A stretch of DNA of 64,000 bases, taken from contig CAVTQK010000015.1 in the NCBI GenBank assembly GCA_963736855.1, positions 288,001 through 352,000 on the forward strand, in the 5' to 3' direction. Shown here one piece after another: positions 63,841 through 64,000 of the stretch. The position numbers and the translations under genes are program-made. A model generated the notes under the pieces. That model was given only the letters and a program-made list of their open reading frames with translations. It made no database searches and had not been told where the DNA came from. Origin of the DNA: an uncultured delta proteobacterium. Its GTDB lineage: Bacteria; Desulfobacterota; Desulfobacteria; Desulfobacterales; UBA2156. Each line of letters opens with the position of its first letter. Position 1 is the first letter of the stretch.

Positions 63841-64000
63841 TTAAGCTTTCCCTGTGGCGGGTTCACCGGTTTCTTCTTCGGCCGCACCCTCTTCAACTGC
63901 CTCTTCTTCGGCTTTTTCTCCCGGTTCGGGTTCCGCCAACTTCGGAGTGACCACGGTCACCACTGTATAATTGGTTTCAGCCGGTATCTCGATATGACCC
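63841..64000 (-). CDS. rplY: 50S ribosomal protein L25/Ctc, 3' end only
   Basis: ...HIEIPAETNYTVVTVVTPK followed by an Ala/Glu-rich tail; directly upstream of pth. Confidence 0.75.
   Translation of the reverse strand, partial: GHIEIPAETNYTVVTVVTPKLAEPEPGEKAEEEAVEEGAAEEETGEPATGKA

Noticed and set aside
1..64000. CRISPR arrays, tRNA/rRNA genes, prophage or intact defence systems
   Set aside because: No spaced direct repeats, RNA gene signatures, or phage or defence proteins were recognised by eye.

Overview
A 64-kb chromosomal window from a GC-rich anaerobic bacterium. Gene content and intergenic repeats suggest Desulfobacterota (inference). Left core block (1-10.1 kb): tilS-ftsH-folP-cdaR-like-coaX, and pdxJ-nnr-tsaE-lysC on the minus strand. 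Accessory region (~10.4-37.3 kb): IS3, IS200/IS605 and vapC remnants; a Pat-type acetyltransferase; two acyl-carrier proteins; a P2C-like ATPase; an acsA-pdhA-pdhB-pdhC-ACP-AhpD cluster lacking E3; two thioesterases; an ADP-forming acyl-CoA synthetase; a Liv-type ABC importer. Right part: AcuI-like reductase, a YbhGFSR-like exporter, PilZ and TraB/GumN proteins, a secreted V8-like protease with a neighbouring lipoprotein, der-rarA, rsmA, a non-canonical cytochrome c-rnfCDGEAB operon, rluD, carD, hppA, pth and the 3' end of rplY. About 16 apparent frameshifts are present, one in the normally essential gene der, so most are probably sequencing indels. I saw no tRNA, rRNA or CRISPR array. Best leads: (1) the E3-less Acs/PDH/ACP/AhpD module; (2) a sigma70-like promoter enclosed by a perfect 23-bp inverted repeat; (3) a lipoprotein carrying a copy of its neighbouring protease's propeptide motif; (4) a rewired Rnf complex; (5) a hairpin MITE family. 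All protein calls are from motif recognition by eye; no searches were run.
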